The notes beneath the pieces are model-generated. The model made no database searches. It was not told the DNA's origin and worked only from the letters and a program-made list of their open reading frames with translations. The position numbers were made by a program, and so were the translations under genes. This document shows positions 20,657-30,542 of a stretch of DNA of 64,000 bases, one piece after another (the first letter of the stretch is position 1; every line of letters starts with the position of its first letter). The stretch lies in the NCBI GenBank assembly GCA_000146045.2, contig BK006942.2:224001-288000 (forward strand), read 5' to 3'. The stretch is from TPA_inf: Saccharomyces. Lineage: Eukaryota.

Positions 20657-21559
20657 TCAATAGTCGGGCGCTTCTTTGGGAGCTGGTTGAGACTCTCGAG
20701 TCCGTGAGTTTCTAGATTTATATACAGAAGTAACAGCAGCAGTAGGAGTGGCGGCGGAGAGCAATGGCCTGTTTCCACGGTACCTCGCGTCCAATGTGGA
20801 ACTGCCGTATCTATCAGCGCTATATGCGGAGGAAGAAGTTTCCCTGCGTGGCAGCCTGGGAGCATAATTTCTTTCGGCGGGATTTGATGTACTTGCGCTT
20901 GCAAACCTTCCTGGAAGCCTGCTGTCTCTGTTGGAATAGCCTCTGCCTCCTAGGCCGCCGCCCAATCTTCTTGGCTTGAAATATTTAACGGTTCTGCCTC
21001 TTTCTATGTCGACTATGCAGATTCTGTCTTTGATTTGGATACCTCTGTGTACTCCAATCTCCTTGAATGCCATTTTACTACTTATTGGGTCTTTGAAAAC
21101 TATGAAGGCGTAGCCTTTACTCTTCTGGGTTATCTTGTCCTTGACTATCCTAATTTTTTCGATCTCGCCAAACTTAACAAAATACTTTTGCAGTTCAATT
21201 TCGTCAAGATCGTATGGTAGCCTCCCAATAAATATCGTTCTGTAGGGATCTGTGTCCTTGATATGAGGGTCAACGTTAGGATTCCAATTTTGTAGTCTCC
21301 GGTCTAACAATTGAGCATTTTTGATCTTGGAAAGTTTGATGTCTTCGTATCTTTGGAGATGGTTGTTTGGAGATCCTTCAGGAAACTCCTCCATATAGTG
21401 CTTCAAAGAGGTTGATAGTAAGTTTGCAACGCCAGTGATATTTGGATTTGTTTGTCTCTTCGCATATGGGTAATCGGTTGGTCTTTTGTAAGATAAAGGT
21501 GGCCTTGGCTTGAAAAGTCTCGACACGTCGTCTGGATACTTGGATAGATTATAATTCAT
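20657..21559 (-). CDS. SNP1: SNP1, U1 snRNP 70K protein (RRM: TIFIGRLPYDLDE...KGYAFIVFKD)
   Basis: ATG at 21559 gives 300 aa. The 301-aa tracked ORF starts one codon earlier at a TTG. Confidence 0.92.
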   Translation of the reverse strand: MNYNLSKYPDDVSRLFKPRPPLSYKRPTDYPYAKRQTNPNITGVANLLSTSLKHYMEEFPEGSPNNHLQRYEDIKLSKIKNAQLLDRRLQNWNPNVDPHIKDTDPYRTIFIGRLPYDLDEIELQKYFVKFGEIEKIRIVKDKITQKSKGYAFIVFKDPISSKMAFKEIGVHRGIQIKDRICIVDIERGRTVKYFKPRRLGGGLGGRGYSNRDSRLPGRFASASTSNPAERNYAPRLPRRETSSSAYSADRYGSSTLDARYRGNRPLLSAATPTAAVTSVYKSRNSRTRESQPAPKEAPDY

Positions 21560-22219
21560 CAAGGTTGAGGTGCCGATTACTTTTTTAAGGTTTCCTTTCG
21601 ACAGTCGATGACCGTGCTGTGTGTCATTATCTTGCAGTTCTTTTTTTCTTCAGATGCGTTAATTTCCTACGAAGGGCGCATACAATGGTGCTGATGGGAT
21701 TTATGAGCAAAACAAGTAGGCGAGCAAGACATGAACGAAATTGTAATGAAGCGTACTTCCTTTTCCCTACAACCTTAAAAAGGTCTCACTGATATATCCA
21801 TTCGCAATAATGACAAGATTTTTGCATGGGACTTCTTTTTTTCTTTTGAATAAGTCGCGTTATAAGGACAAAACATTAAAAAAAAATATGTATTGATTCA
21901 CTGATTTATATATACAGAAGTAAGTACCGGGGTACCTAAATATACGCATAAAAGTCTCTTTCTTTTTTTTTTTTTTTTTTTTAGCTTCCTACATTTCGTT
22001 AATAATATTATATAGATTATATTTATATTTAAGAAAAGTAATATCAGCATATTATGAATAGACAAAAAAGTCTAAGGTCAAGATTTATTAAATGTTAGAT
22101 TATTAAGATTACAATTAACAACATTTGTTGTTACTTCATAAAATTTCGTTACTTCATAAAAGAACTACAGTCCCCCACTTCTAAATGAGTGGTTGTAGGG
22201 GTTCATATACCTCCCATAC
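21520..22219. repeat. Copy A of a diverged direct duplication. It covers the SNP1 5' end, the SNP1 upstream region, and an RGI2-like 3' end. It is homologous to 23395..23945.
   Basis: Long colinear matches seen by eye, for example gcgttaatttcctacgaagggcgcatacaatggtgctgatg... versus gtgtttaattatctacaaagagggcacacacaatagagctgatg..., and taagtcgcgttataaggacaaaacattaaaaaaa versus taaggtcgcgttgtgacgacaaaacattaaaaaaa. Identity is about 70-75% by eye, not computed. Confidence 0.7.
22181..22219 (-). pseudogene. RGI2-like C-terminal fragment (...EPLQPLI-stop) truncated by the delta insertion
   Basis: The reverse complement of ctaaatgagtggttgtaggggttc reads EPLQPLI*. This is identical to the last 7 codons of RGI2 at 23902-23925. 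Confidence 0.5.
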
Positions 22220-22552
22220 TGTTGGAATAAAAATCAACTATCATCTACTAACTAGTATTTACGTTACTAGTATATTATCATATACGGTGTTAGAAGATGA
22301 CGCAAATGATGAGAAATAGTCATCTAAATTAGTGGAAGCTGAAACGCAAGGATTGATAATGTAATAGGATCAATGAATATTAACATATAAAATGATGATA
22401 ATAATATTTATAGAATTGTGTAGAATTGCAGATTCCCTTTTATGGATTCCTAAATCCTCGAGGAGAACTTCTAGTACATTCTACATACCTAATATTATTG
22501 CCTTATTAAAAATGGAATCCCAACAATTATCTCAAAATTCACCAACTCTTCA
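22220..22552 (+). mobile_element. Solo Ty1/Ty2 delta LTR, 333 bp (TGTTGGAATA...TCTTCA), flanked by a perfect 5-bp target-site duplication CATAC (22215-22219 and 22553-22557)
   Basis: Recognisable delta sequence including the Gag start ATGGAATCCCAACAATTATCTCA. A TSD is present on both sides. Confidence 0.9.
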
Positions 22553-22826
22553 CATACATACCTGCGGTAGCAAGATAGGTACACTTTTTCTACGTTTCAC
22601 GAAGGTAGCGATAGGTACCTCACTCATTGTAGGTGCGGGGGTAGCGATGGAGGTTTCTGTACCATTACCACCACAGCCACTATACTCACGTAGTGAAGTC
22701 CCTAGCGTGGAATTGTGTGGTATCGTTGCTATCTGTCGTTCGCCACCCTCGGTATATCCAACGTGCAGGCCAATATCACTCTCTAAGAAAATCGTATCAG
22801 GATTGGTACGGACAAACTCTTCATAG
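22392..22826 (+). CDS. YIL060W, a 144-aa ORF that initiates inside the delta LTR. Codons 41-48 are the Ty1 Gag N-terminus MESQQLSQ, and the ORF continues into flanking DNA. Likely an LTR-derived chimeric ORF.
   Basis: ATG verified at 22392. ORF is in frame with the LTR Gag ATG at 22512. YIL059C (22550-22915, minus strand) and YIL058W (22902-23198, plus strand) overlap or abut it and look non-genic. Confidence 0.4.
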
Positions 22827-23394
22827 CCTACGTCGAAATCAAATTCTGCTAAAGCTGTGACTGTAGTTAAACCTAAAACCGCGATTATTGCTTGAAAAAC
22901 TGTGGAGAAATTCATGATGGACGGTCACGTTCAGGGTCTGAGAAAACCACTCATTCCTATGTCCCATGTGGTTGGTTGCAATTTGCTGCTATATATACGA
23001 CTTGGCTGTAGAGAGATCTACGTAGGATGTGTCCACTATCAAGGGGGGTTTACCAACGTTATCTTCTATTTTAAGTGCTCAAATGAAGGTTGCATTATAT
23101 CCCTGGCAGTTTTCCCGGCAATTTTGCCGGCCGCTTATAATAGTCATGGTGAAAGGATTGTTGCTTGTTGTGGTTGCAACATGACAGTTGCCTACTAACT
23201 AAATAATAATCAAAGTCAGTTTCTCAACAATGGAAAACCTGTTGTGACCTTATCGAAGTAACAACATCGTATAATAATTAATCTGGAAAAAATACCATAG
23301 TTACTGCCGATACAGGTCTACGTGACTTACTGACAAACAGACTGAGTGACTACGAGTCCAGAAATTTAGTATACCATATTGTCGCTTCTTCTTA

Positions 23395-23435
23395 TAGCCC
23401 AGCTCCAGGTCTGGATACGGTTCTGTATAACTCGT
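23395..23435 (-). pseudogene. Decayed SNP1 N-terminal fragment with the start codon mutated to ACG; the YPD codons are retained
   Basis: Minus-strand ACCTTAACGAGTTATACAGAACCGTATCCAGAC aligns with SNP1 ACCTTGATGAATTATAATCTATCCAAGTATCCAGAC. Confidence 0.4.
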
Positions 23436-23945
23436 TAAGGTTTAAGTGTCCGGCAATTTTTTTGAAGTTTCATTTCTTCACTCGATGACCAAGCCGTGTG
23501 CCATCTTTTCGTTTTCTTTTTTTTCAATGTGTTTAATTATCTACAAAGAGGGCACACACAATAGAGCTGATGAGAACCCATGAGCGAAACAAGTAGAAAA
23601 GCAAGACGTAAACGGAATCATGGTGGTGTGTACATTTCTCTTTTTTTATTACACCAAGAAAGCTTAATTGGTACGTATTGTTCGTGATAGTAGCATGAAT
23701 CTAGCGTGGAATTCTTTTATTTAAGGTCGCGTTGTGACGACAAAACATTAAAAAAACCACATGTGTTGATTTGTAGACTTGTATACACTCCAGTAAGAAG
23801 GTGCACACCAAAATACATGCGCATATAAATTATTTTATATAGCATGCTATATTTCGTAAATTCATAAAATTTCGTTAATTCATAAAAACAGCTCCCCAAA
23901 CTTAGATGAGTGGCTGCAAGGGTTCTGTCTTGTAATCAACATCTA
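23395..23945. repeat. Copy B of the diverged direct duplication. It covers an SNP1-like 5' fragment, intergenic sequence, and the RGI2 3' end. It is homologous to 21520..22219.
   Basis: See copy A. The two copies are in the same orientation. Confidence 0.7.
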
Positions 23946-24396
23946 CCATTGCGCCATCGTGTTTACATACAACTTCGACAGACACCTTGAATTTCTTGGC
24001 GTTCAACTCCGTTTCTTCGCCATAATTCCAAACAATCCGGTCAAAGGATTCCTGCTTTTTCTTATCGTGGAATTTCAATTCTGGCTTGTTGATAGCGGTT
24101 TTGATGTCCTTTAGCAGGTGCTTCTCAACATGCTGGTGTAAATGGCGAACAAACTTCTTAGAGTGCGAATTGGCAGTCTCTTTGATCTTTTCCGGATCAT
24201 CATGCGCATCATGCAGGACAAAGGGTGGATAGTACTTCAGTTGGCAATGGACATGGTCGAACTCTTGATCTTCCGTCTCACCCTTTAAATATGTTTCAAA
24301 ATCATGCAAATCCTCAAAAACCTTTAAGGACTCACCACTTTTTGTAGTGATGGTGGACATCTTAGGACCCTTTGCTTTCTTATCCTTTTTCGTCAT
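23902..24396 (-). CDS. RGI2: RGI2, respiratory-growth-induced protein
   Basis: 164-aa ORF with ATG verified. Confidence 0.9.
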   Translation of the reverse strand: MTKKDKKAKGPKMSTITTKSGESLKVFEDLHDFETYLKGETEDQEFDHVHCQLKYYPPFVLHDAHDDPEKIKETANSHSKKFVRHLHQHVEKHLLKDIKTAINKPELKFHDKKKQESFDRIVWNYGEETELNAKKFKVSVEVVCKHDGAMVDVDYKTEPLQPLI

Positions 24397-24849
24397 TCTT
24401 ATTATTTAAAATACTTTGTTATATACTGTACGTTGTTTCGTTTGCACTTAATCGTGTTTCGACAGATAGGTGAATCAAGATCTACCTTTACGCGAAAGAT
24501 ACGAAGAATTGAGAAGGAGGTGCAAGGGAAAAGGGCAATAGAGGATTGGGACAGCCGATGCTTATATACGGACGATTGCCAACCGCCGAAAAGGTTCAAG
24601 CCAAGAACAAAAAGTAGAGAGAATACCCCAACAATAGCATTTGATGGCTAAACGGCAGTGCCCGTTAATACTATTCAAATTATACCCCGCATTAATAATT
24701 CCTGTCCCTTTAGTCTCGTCCTTCAGCCGTATAGCCGCAAAACTTCGTTCAATGATTTCATGCCATCATTACACCGCGAGTCGTGGGTGCATTGTAGTTT
24801 ATTACGAAAAGTATCTACAATACTTGCTTAAATAACCTACATTGTTTTA

Positions 24850-24931
24850 GGCACTATGGCCGAGTGGTTAAGGCGACAGACTTGAAATCTGTTGGGCTCT
24901 GCCCGCGCTGGTTCAAATCCTGCTGGTGTCG
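24850..24931 (+). tRNA. SUP17: tRNA-Ser, anticodon UGA, with a long variable arm. Probably SUP17 / tS(UGA)I.
   Basis: Sequence GGCACTATGGCCGAGTGGTTAAGGCGACAGACTTGAAATCTGTTGGGCTCTGCCCGCGCTGGTTCAAATCCTGCTGGTGTCG. It has an A box TGGCCGAGTGG, a B box GGTTCAAATCC, an anticodon loop CTTGAAA, a foldable acceptor stem, and a downstream T-run terminator. Confidence 0.9.
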
Positions 24932-25990
24932 TTATTTTTTTATTTTTATTTTTTTTTTATCGCTTACTGATTATCAGATATCTTCGACAGCCTCACACAG
25001 ATTGGTGATCACGCACCCATAATCATTTCTTCGGGCATGCTCCTATTAGCCACGGTTCGCAGAATAATCTGCGCGATGTTATTCACCAAGACCGTGGAGT
25101 CTCCTTTTCGGTGGGATCCGCTTATATCCGTATGCGTCGGTTGCTTTCTCGGGGAAAGGAAAAGGAGAAAGCCCGGATAACACGACACAAGAGTCATTCG
25201 TTATGCACGGACACAGGGAATCGTGCGGAGCCGGGGATAAGAGGCCGTGCTAATTTCCGCGGAACATCGGAATGCAGTGGACAAGTGCCCTGAGAACAAG
25301 CGGCGGGCGGGTAGCTGCCACGGAATAGGCGCCACGTTTCCGTGGGTGACTATGACTTTTGATCGATTCCATGTTGTTTTGCCCTGAATTCTGCGCCCCT
25401 CGGAGAAGTTTCTTTTCTTTTTTATCTCTTTTTCATCTCTGACCTTCGTTTCCTTTCATATAGACTACGCAGCAGAATCATGGCAGGAGCTATTAGCTGA
25501 GTGGGCAGATTACGTTTGCGCACTGTGCATTGTGACAGATTATATTTGCTTCGCTTCTCCCTCTTACTTCTTCAGCATAAGTGTAAGCCATATGTTCCCT
25601 GAAATCTTTCTACCGTCGTCTTCTCTTTTTTTTTTTTTTACTATAAATCAATGTGCTCTCTTCCATGATTCTTGCCTTTTGGATCTTCGGTACTTGTGTG
25701 GGTGAGAATGGTGTTATTGAGTCAATTCAGGTCAGCTTGGTTCAGTTCTAATCTAGCCCTTTCCCTACTATACAAATACTACTAGCCTTTTTTTTTCTCT
25801 CTCTTTCTCTATACCACTACCTCTTCCTCTTCCTTTTTTTTCTCTTCTTTTTCTATTGTCCCCATCGCATCTTAGCATAAACGCATCCGCATTCCCTTCC
25901 TACATTTTTCTTTTCTACTAGTTATAGCTTTAAAACCTTCTTTATTCTCTTTCTACCTATTCTTCTTCGTTGCTTATATCCTATACACAT

Positions 25991-27913
25991 ATGAACGGTC
26001 CTCCAACATTCACTCAATATAGAATAAATAAGTTTTCTGGGAATGGAGCAACTCATAAGATTAGAGAATTACTCAATTTTAATGATGAAAAGAAATGGAA
26101 ACAGTTTTCGAGCAGAAGGCTGGAGCTGATAGACAAATTCCAACTAAGTCAATATAAGGCAAGCGAACAAGATCAAAACATAAAGCAGATTGCTACAATA
26201 TTAAGAACGGAGTTTGGATACCCTGTAAGCTGCTCTAAGGAATTCGAAAAGTTAGTCACTGCTGCTGTGCAATCAGTGAGAAGGAATAGAAAACGATCAA
26301 AAAAACGCTACGCTCTCAGCATAGCCAATGGCAGTGGCGGCAATGTCAACAACAGCATCTCGTCAAATTCTACTTCTGACGACGAGATCTCTCCGTCGAT
26401 CTACCAGCGCTCCAATTCGGACTTCCTGCCTAGTTCTAATTATGCTGCAGATTTCCAGTTTTCAAACAAGTTCCAGCCTCTCATGAGTCACCAGAGTCAT
26501 AACGGAACCATTTTTCCAACCGTGGGCACCCAAAATGACTCATCTCCATCGGTTACTTCGACCCAACAAAAGTATAACGATATAGTCACCATGCTAGTGC
26601 ACGATCTTGTTACGAATGTCGTACCCCTATCAGAACAAGCTCTCAAGGACCCATATACTGGGCCAAACCTGTCACATTTTGCTACGTCTTCACTCAGCCA
26701 GCAACCTAACATTACCACAAACATCCCGATAGATTCTACCGTGCCATTTTTCCTGAGGGAAAAGTTACTCCTACAAATCCAAAGATCAAGAACTTGTCAG
26801 GACATTTCGCAGGCTGCAGGATCCATTGATATATACGCAAATCTGGAGATTTTGGGTGAAATGTCAATCCGAATGTCTATTGCATTCGTTATCGAACGAT
26901 TTTTCTCCAACTTGGTCTCTTCTTCAATGAAGTATATCACTGCCAAGACGTGCTCTCCTGAAAATCTGGCTTTGTTGTCTCAAAGACTGTTCGGTGCCGC
27001 TACAAGACATAACTTATCTCATTTCCCCGCGGCTCAGGTACAACTAAGGCTACTGTATTTGGTCATAGGTGGTATTGTCAAGGATTTTGGCTTCGACCCC
27101 ACGCTTTACCCTTTAAGTGAAATCATACATCATATTGTGATGGTTCAGTATCCTTTGGCTAGTTCCTGTGCGTCAGAACCACCATCATCTTCACCTAACA
27201 AGAGGGTTAAGAGAAGCCCTCCTGTCGTTTCAAGTGACGTTATGTTGAATAATAATAACACTCTATCGAATAGAGCTACACTTTTAACTACGCTACCAAT
27301 GAAGCCTCAATCGGCCAATAAAGATGTTAATCGCAGAGTGATCATTAGATTTAATGATCGCGAGCAAGCCTTTACTTTCCACCAGTTGAGCAATGGACCA
27401 CCCACGGTGTCTGAAGTTTTGGAAAACTGTAAAAATTTATTTAATATTATCAACAAGAACAAGAATTTTGGTATTTTCCATAACGATAACCTCTTGAACG
27501 ATGAAAGTTTGGCAAAGTTATTTGATTCCTTTTCCACGAGCGAGATTCATCTCGTAATTAAGGACATTTCCACCATTCCACTACAAGATGCAAAAATACC
27601 AGTGCCCATTACGTTGCCCAAAATGTCATGCATAGGTGAAAACCCCTCTATGCCTTCTATTCCATTGGTACCACAAGAAAAAGATGATCCAAAAAAATCA
27701 AGCTTAACTGCCTTTGATAACATCCTTAATAGGATCTCTAAATCGCCAATGAATGAAGAAAATAGCAACACTACTTTAAACACTGGCACCTCCACCTCCA
27801 ACACAAATAATAATGACCACAACGAGTCTGTGCCAGCGCCATACGTTACAAAGAACAAAAATTCTTTTCAAAATGGCAATTTACCACAGCCGGTTTTCCA
27901 GCCTTTACTTTGA
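25991..27913 (+). CDS. VHR1: VHR1, biotin-responsive transcription factor
   Basis: ATG at 25991 gives 640 aa. The tracked ORF starts 7 codons earlier at 25970. Confidence 0.85.
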   Translation: MNGPPTFTQYRINKFSGNGATHKIRELLNFNDEKKWKQFSSRRLELIDKFQLSQYKASEQDQNIKQIATILRTEFGYPVSCSKEFEKLVTAAVQSVRRNRKRSKKRYALSIANGSGGNVNNSISSNSTSDDEISPSIYQRSNSDFLPSSNYAADFQFSNKFQPLMSHQSHNGTIFPTVGTQNDSSPSVTSTQQKYNDIVTMLVHDLVTNVVPLSEQALKDPYTGPNLSHFATSSLSQQPNITTNIPIDSTVPFFLREKLLLQIQRSRTCQDISQAAGSIDIYANLEILGEMSIRMSIAFVIERFFSNLVSSSMKYITAKTCSPENLALLSQRLFGAATRHNLSHFPAAQVQLRLLYLVIGGIVKDFGFDPTLYPLSEIIHHIVMVQYPLASSCASEPPSSSPNKRVKRSPPVVSSDVMLNNNNTLSNRATLLTTLPMKPQSANKDVNRRVIIRFNDREQAFTFHQLSNGPPTVSEVLENCKNLFNIINKNKNFGIFHNDNLLNDESLAKLFDSFSTSEIHLVIKDISTIPLQDAKIPVPITLPKMSCIGENPSMPSIPLVPQEKDDPKKSSLTAFDNILNRISKSPMNEENSNTTLNTGTSTSNTNNNDHNESVPAPYVTKNKNSFQNGNLPQPVFQPLL

Positions 27914-28041
27914 TAAAAATACAAAACAAAATTGTCTACATACATAACTGCCTAATACACATTCTACACAATATTTTTTTCTTTTTCAATTCGCGTACAT
28001 ATTTATGTAAGATAAAATAATAATATCCTCTTAATCCATGC

Positions 28042-29925
28042 TTAGAACTGCTGCCGTTGATTTTCAAATTCATCCTCGTCAAATGGTGGCAGTTCCATTA
28101 CATGAATTTTGTACCCCAGTGAATATTCCTGGTCTTGTAAGGATTCGAACGTCAAATCAGACAGCTCTTTATCGTGGAACCCAACAATGGCATTATACAC
28201 AATTGTGCTAACTTTAAAGTATTTCGCCTTGCTATCACCTTCGGAGTCAGAGACGTTTCCACTTTGTGCAAAAGTAGTTGGCAAATTTCTATTAAACTCC
28301 TCTAATTCATCTTCCGGTAATTCAAACCTCAGTAGAGTTGCTTCTTCATGATCTTCATAAACCCCTACATAGAATTCCCTTGTATTATTGATAGATGTTC
28401 GAGGTCCGCCATTTGTGTATGTGCTATTATTTGCACTCCCGTTGGTGTTCTCATTTTCTGATATCTTTAGAGCGTCCATAGATTCATTGAGTAAAGATGC
28501 TTCGTTTTGTTGCTGTAGAAACTGTCTTTCCTGTAGTCTTAATAGCTTGGGGCATTTCAGTTTTATAAAATCTTTTAGAACTGTCCATCTTAGCCTTCCA
28601 AATTTTTCCAATTGTCCTTTCTCTTTAATTTCAATAACTGTGAACTTCTCTTGGTTCATTAACTCATTGAAATCAGACTCTGATAATTTCTCCAAGAATT
28701 CTATAGGTATATAGGGTGGGAAATTTATGATCTTCAGCTGCCACATACCTCTATTCGTCATTTGTTTTCTAAAGCTTTTCTCGTTAAAGATATGCTTTAA
28801 TCTTTTGTGATTTATTTGAGTTTGTGAAGGTGTAATTGTTCCACCATTCTTTGCTTGGAGGGCACGGTCATCACCATTCGTACTTGTAGTGGGAATATTA
28901 CCATTATTATTGGAATTTGAGGCCATGTTCAAGTTGTAAAGGGCAGATATTTCGTTATAAGAGGGATTTATCTTATTGTTCCTTAAGGAGAGGTGATGCT
29001 GCTGAGAAAGACGAGGGCCTGTGCCAGTATCTGGATTCCTGGGGCTATTATGCATGTATTTTTGAAACTGGCTTTGGTTCTGGTGATAGAAATGCCGACG
29101 ACGGGGATAGTGTGTAGGGGAAGCAAGTGGACCACCAGCAGTAGCAGCAGCTGTTGGTGAAGGTAGAGTAGTTTGATAGGGCATCTGCATATTAGGTACC
29201 GTTCCCGGAGGAGCACCCAACATAGGTAGCATCGAAGTCGAAAATGGACCATGAGGCGGGGGAGCAAGAGGTGGCACACCAACAGGTACGGGAACAGGCG
29301 TGGGCAATGGCGTTATGTTCTCATTCTTTCGAAGGCTCACTTCAGGAGAAAAACTGAAAAATTGAGAAGGTGGGGTAGAAGCGGATGGTGGCTGCGGTGT
29401 CACAGATGAAACATGGCTTGCATATCGAGGAGAAATAGATCTTTTAGTTTCATCGGGAGCACTCCGGACGTCATTGTTGCTATCACTGATTTCTGGATAT
29501 CGCAGTGAAGGAGAATCATTAGTGTACGGCAACAGGTAAACGAACAGATCATGATAATCCCATTGGTAGGTGTTCAAAGTAAGTAGTAAGTTTTCCAGGG
29601 ACTCGTTATCTATCGAGTTCTTCAGAATGACAATGCAACTCTGAAAAGTAATAAAAGGAGGAACCATGGAAGTCATTGGAGGCAGCATTTTCACCTGTAA
29701 AATATTGGTATGGTATATGATTCCGCCTATCAAATATTTTACCTGGGCCCAAGTCTTGCCCGGAGGGAGATTATCAATCCTTATGGGAATACCATTTGAC
29801 TGCGAGTACGTCTTTTTCCTAGGAGCAGCTTTTGTGCTTGCTGTTGAGCTTTCGGTCGCAGAACGGGCAACAAAGGCACTGGCTGAAGCAGCCGACTTGG
29901 CACTATAGTGTGGTTCTAGAGTCAT
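28042..29925 (-). CDS. YIL055C, uncharacterised protein that is Pro/Ser-rich in its central part
   Basis: 627-aa ORF with ATG verified. Confidence 0.85.
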   Translation of the reverse strand: MTLEPHYSAKSAASASAFVARSATESSTASTKAAPRKKTYSQSNGIPIRIDNLPPGKTWAQVKYLIGGIIYHTNILQVKMLPPMTSMVPPFITFQSCIVILKNSIDNESLENLLLTLNTYQWDYHDLFVYLLPYTNDSPSLRYPEISDSNNDVRSAPDETKRSISPRYASHVSSVTPQPPSASTPPSQFFSFSPEVSLRKNENITPLPTPVPVPVGVPPLAPPPHGPFSTSMLPMLGAPPGTVPNMQMPYQTTLPSPTAAATAGGPLASPTHYPRRRHFYHQNQSQFQKYMHNSPRNPDTGTGPRLSQQHHLSLRNNKINPSYNEISALYNLNMASNSNNNGNIPTTSTNGDDRALQAKNGGTITPSQTQINHKRLKHIFNEKSFRKQMTNRGMWQLKIINFPPYIPIEFLEKLSESDFNELMNQEKFTVIEIKEKGQLEKFGRLRWTVLKDFIKLKCPKLLRLQERQFLQQQNEASLLNESMDALKISENENTNGSANNSTYTNGGPRTSINNTREFYVGVYEDHEEATLLRFELPEDELEEFNRNLPTTFAQSGNVSDSEGDSKAKYFKVSTIVYNAIVGFHDKELSDLTFESLQDQEYSLGYKIHVMELPPFDEDEFENQRQQF

Positions 29926-30542
29926 TATAAAGCAAGCGTATTGTAAGGAGAGACAGCAAACTCTCGTGTATCAGCCAACTGAACTGGAGGCCAAGACCAA
30001 TCTAAAAAAAAAAAAAAATGAAAGAAACAAGTGTGGGAGGAAGTCTTGTTAACTTAACAGTTAAGCAAGCGTAAAAACCTTTAGGAAAGCGCACGAAAGA
30101 AGGCCAACATTACGACTATGGAATAATACAATGCACACAAACAAAAGGTAACATTTGAAAAATGGAGTAGAGAATATATTCCATTCCCCTAATTTTTTGC
30201 GGGTCTTCCAGGGCTGCGAACCCATCGCTCAAAACAAGCGCAGTGTCAATTAAGACATCATTGAACTAAAACGGAAAATTTGCTTGCGCCACACACCCTG
30301 GTCAATCGTACCAAGGGATATCACTCTGTACGGGTGGGAGGAAGGCGCGGCAATTAGAATGTGTGGGTGCGGAAGCTCGCCGCTCCCATCAAGAGAGTGG
30401 AAGACGTATGGTCTGGGTGCGAAGTACCACCACGTTTCTTTTTCATCTCTTAAGTGGGATTCTTACGAAACACGTCACAGGGTCAAAAGAAAGAGAACAA
30501 AAGCAATATTGTAATTGTCTCAGTCCACGGCAATGACATGGC

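Noticed and set aside
22550-23198. ORFs 22550-22915 (minus strand, 121 aa, YIL059C position) and 22902-23198 (plus strand, 98 aa, YIL058W position)
   Set aside because: They overlap YIL060W or each other. They have no recognisable domain, and they sit in the decayed middle of the duplicated block next to an LTR. Treated as non-coding.
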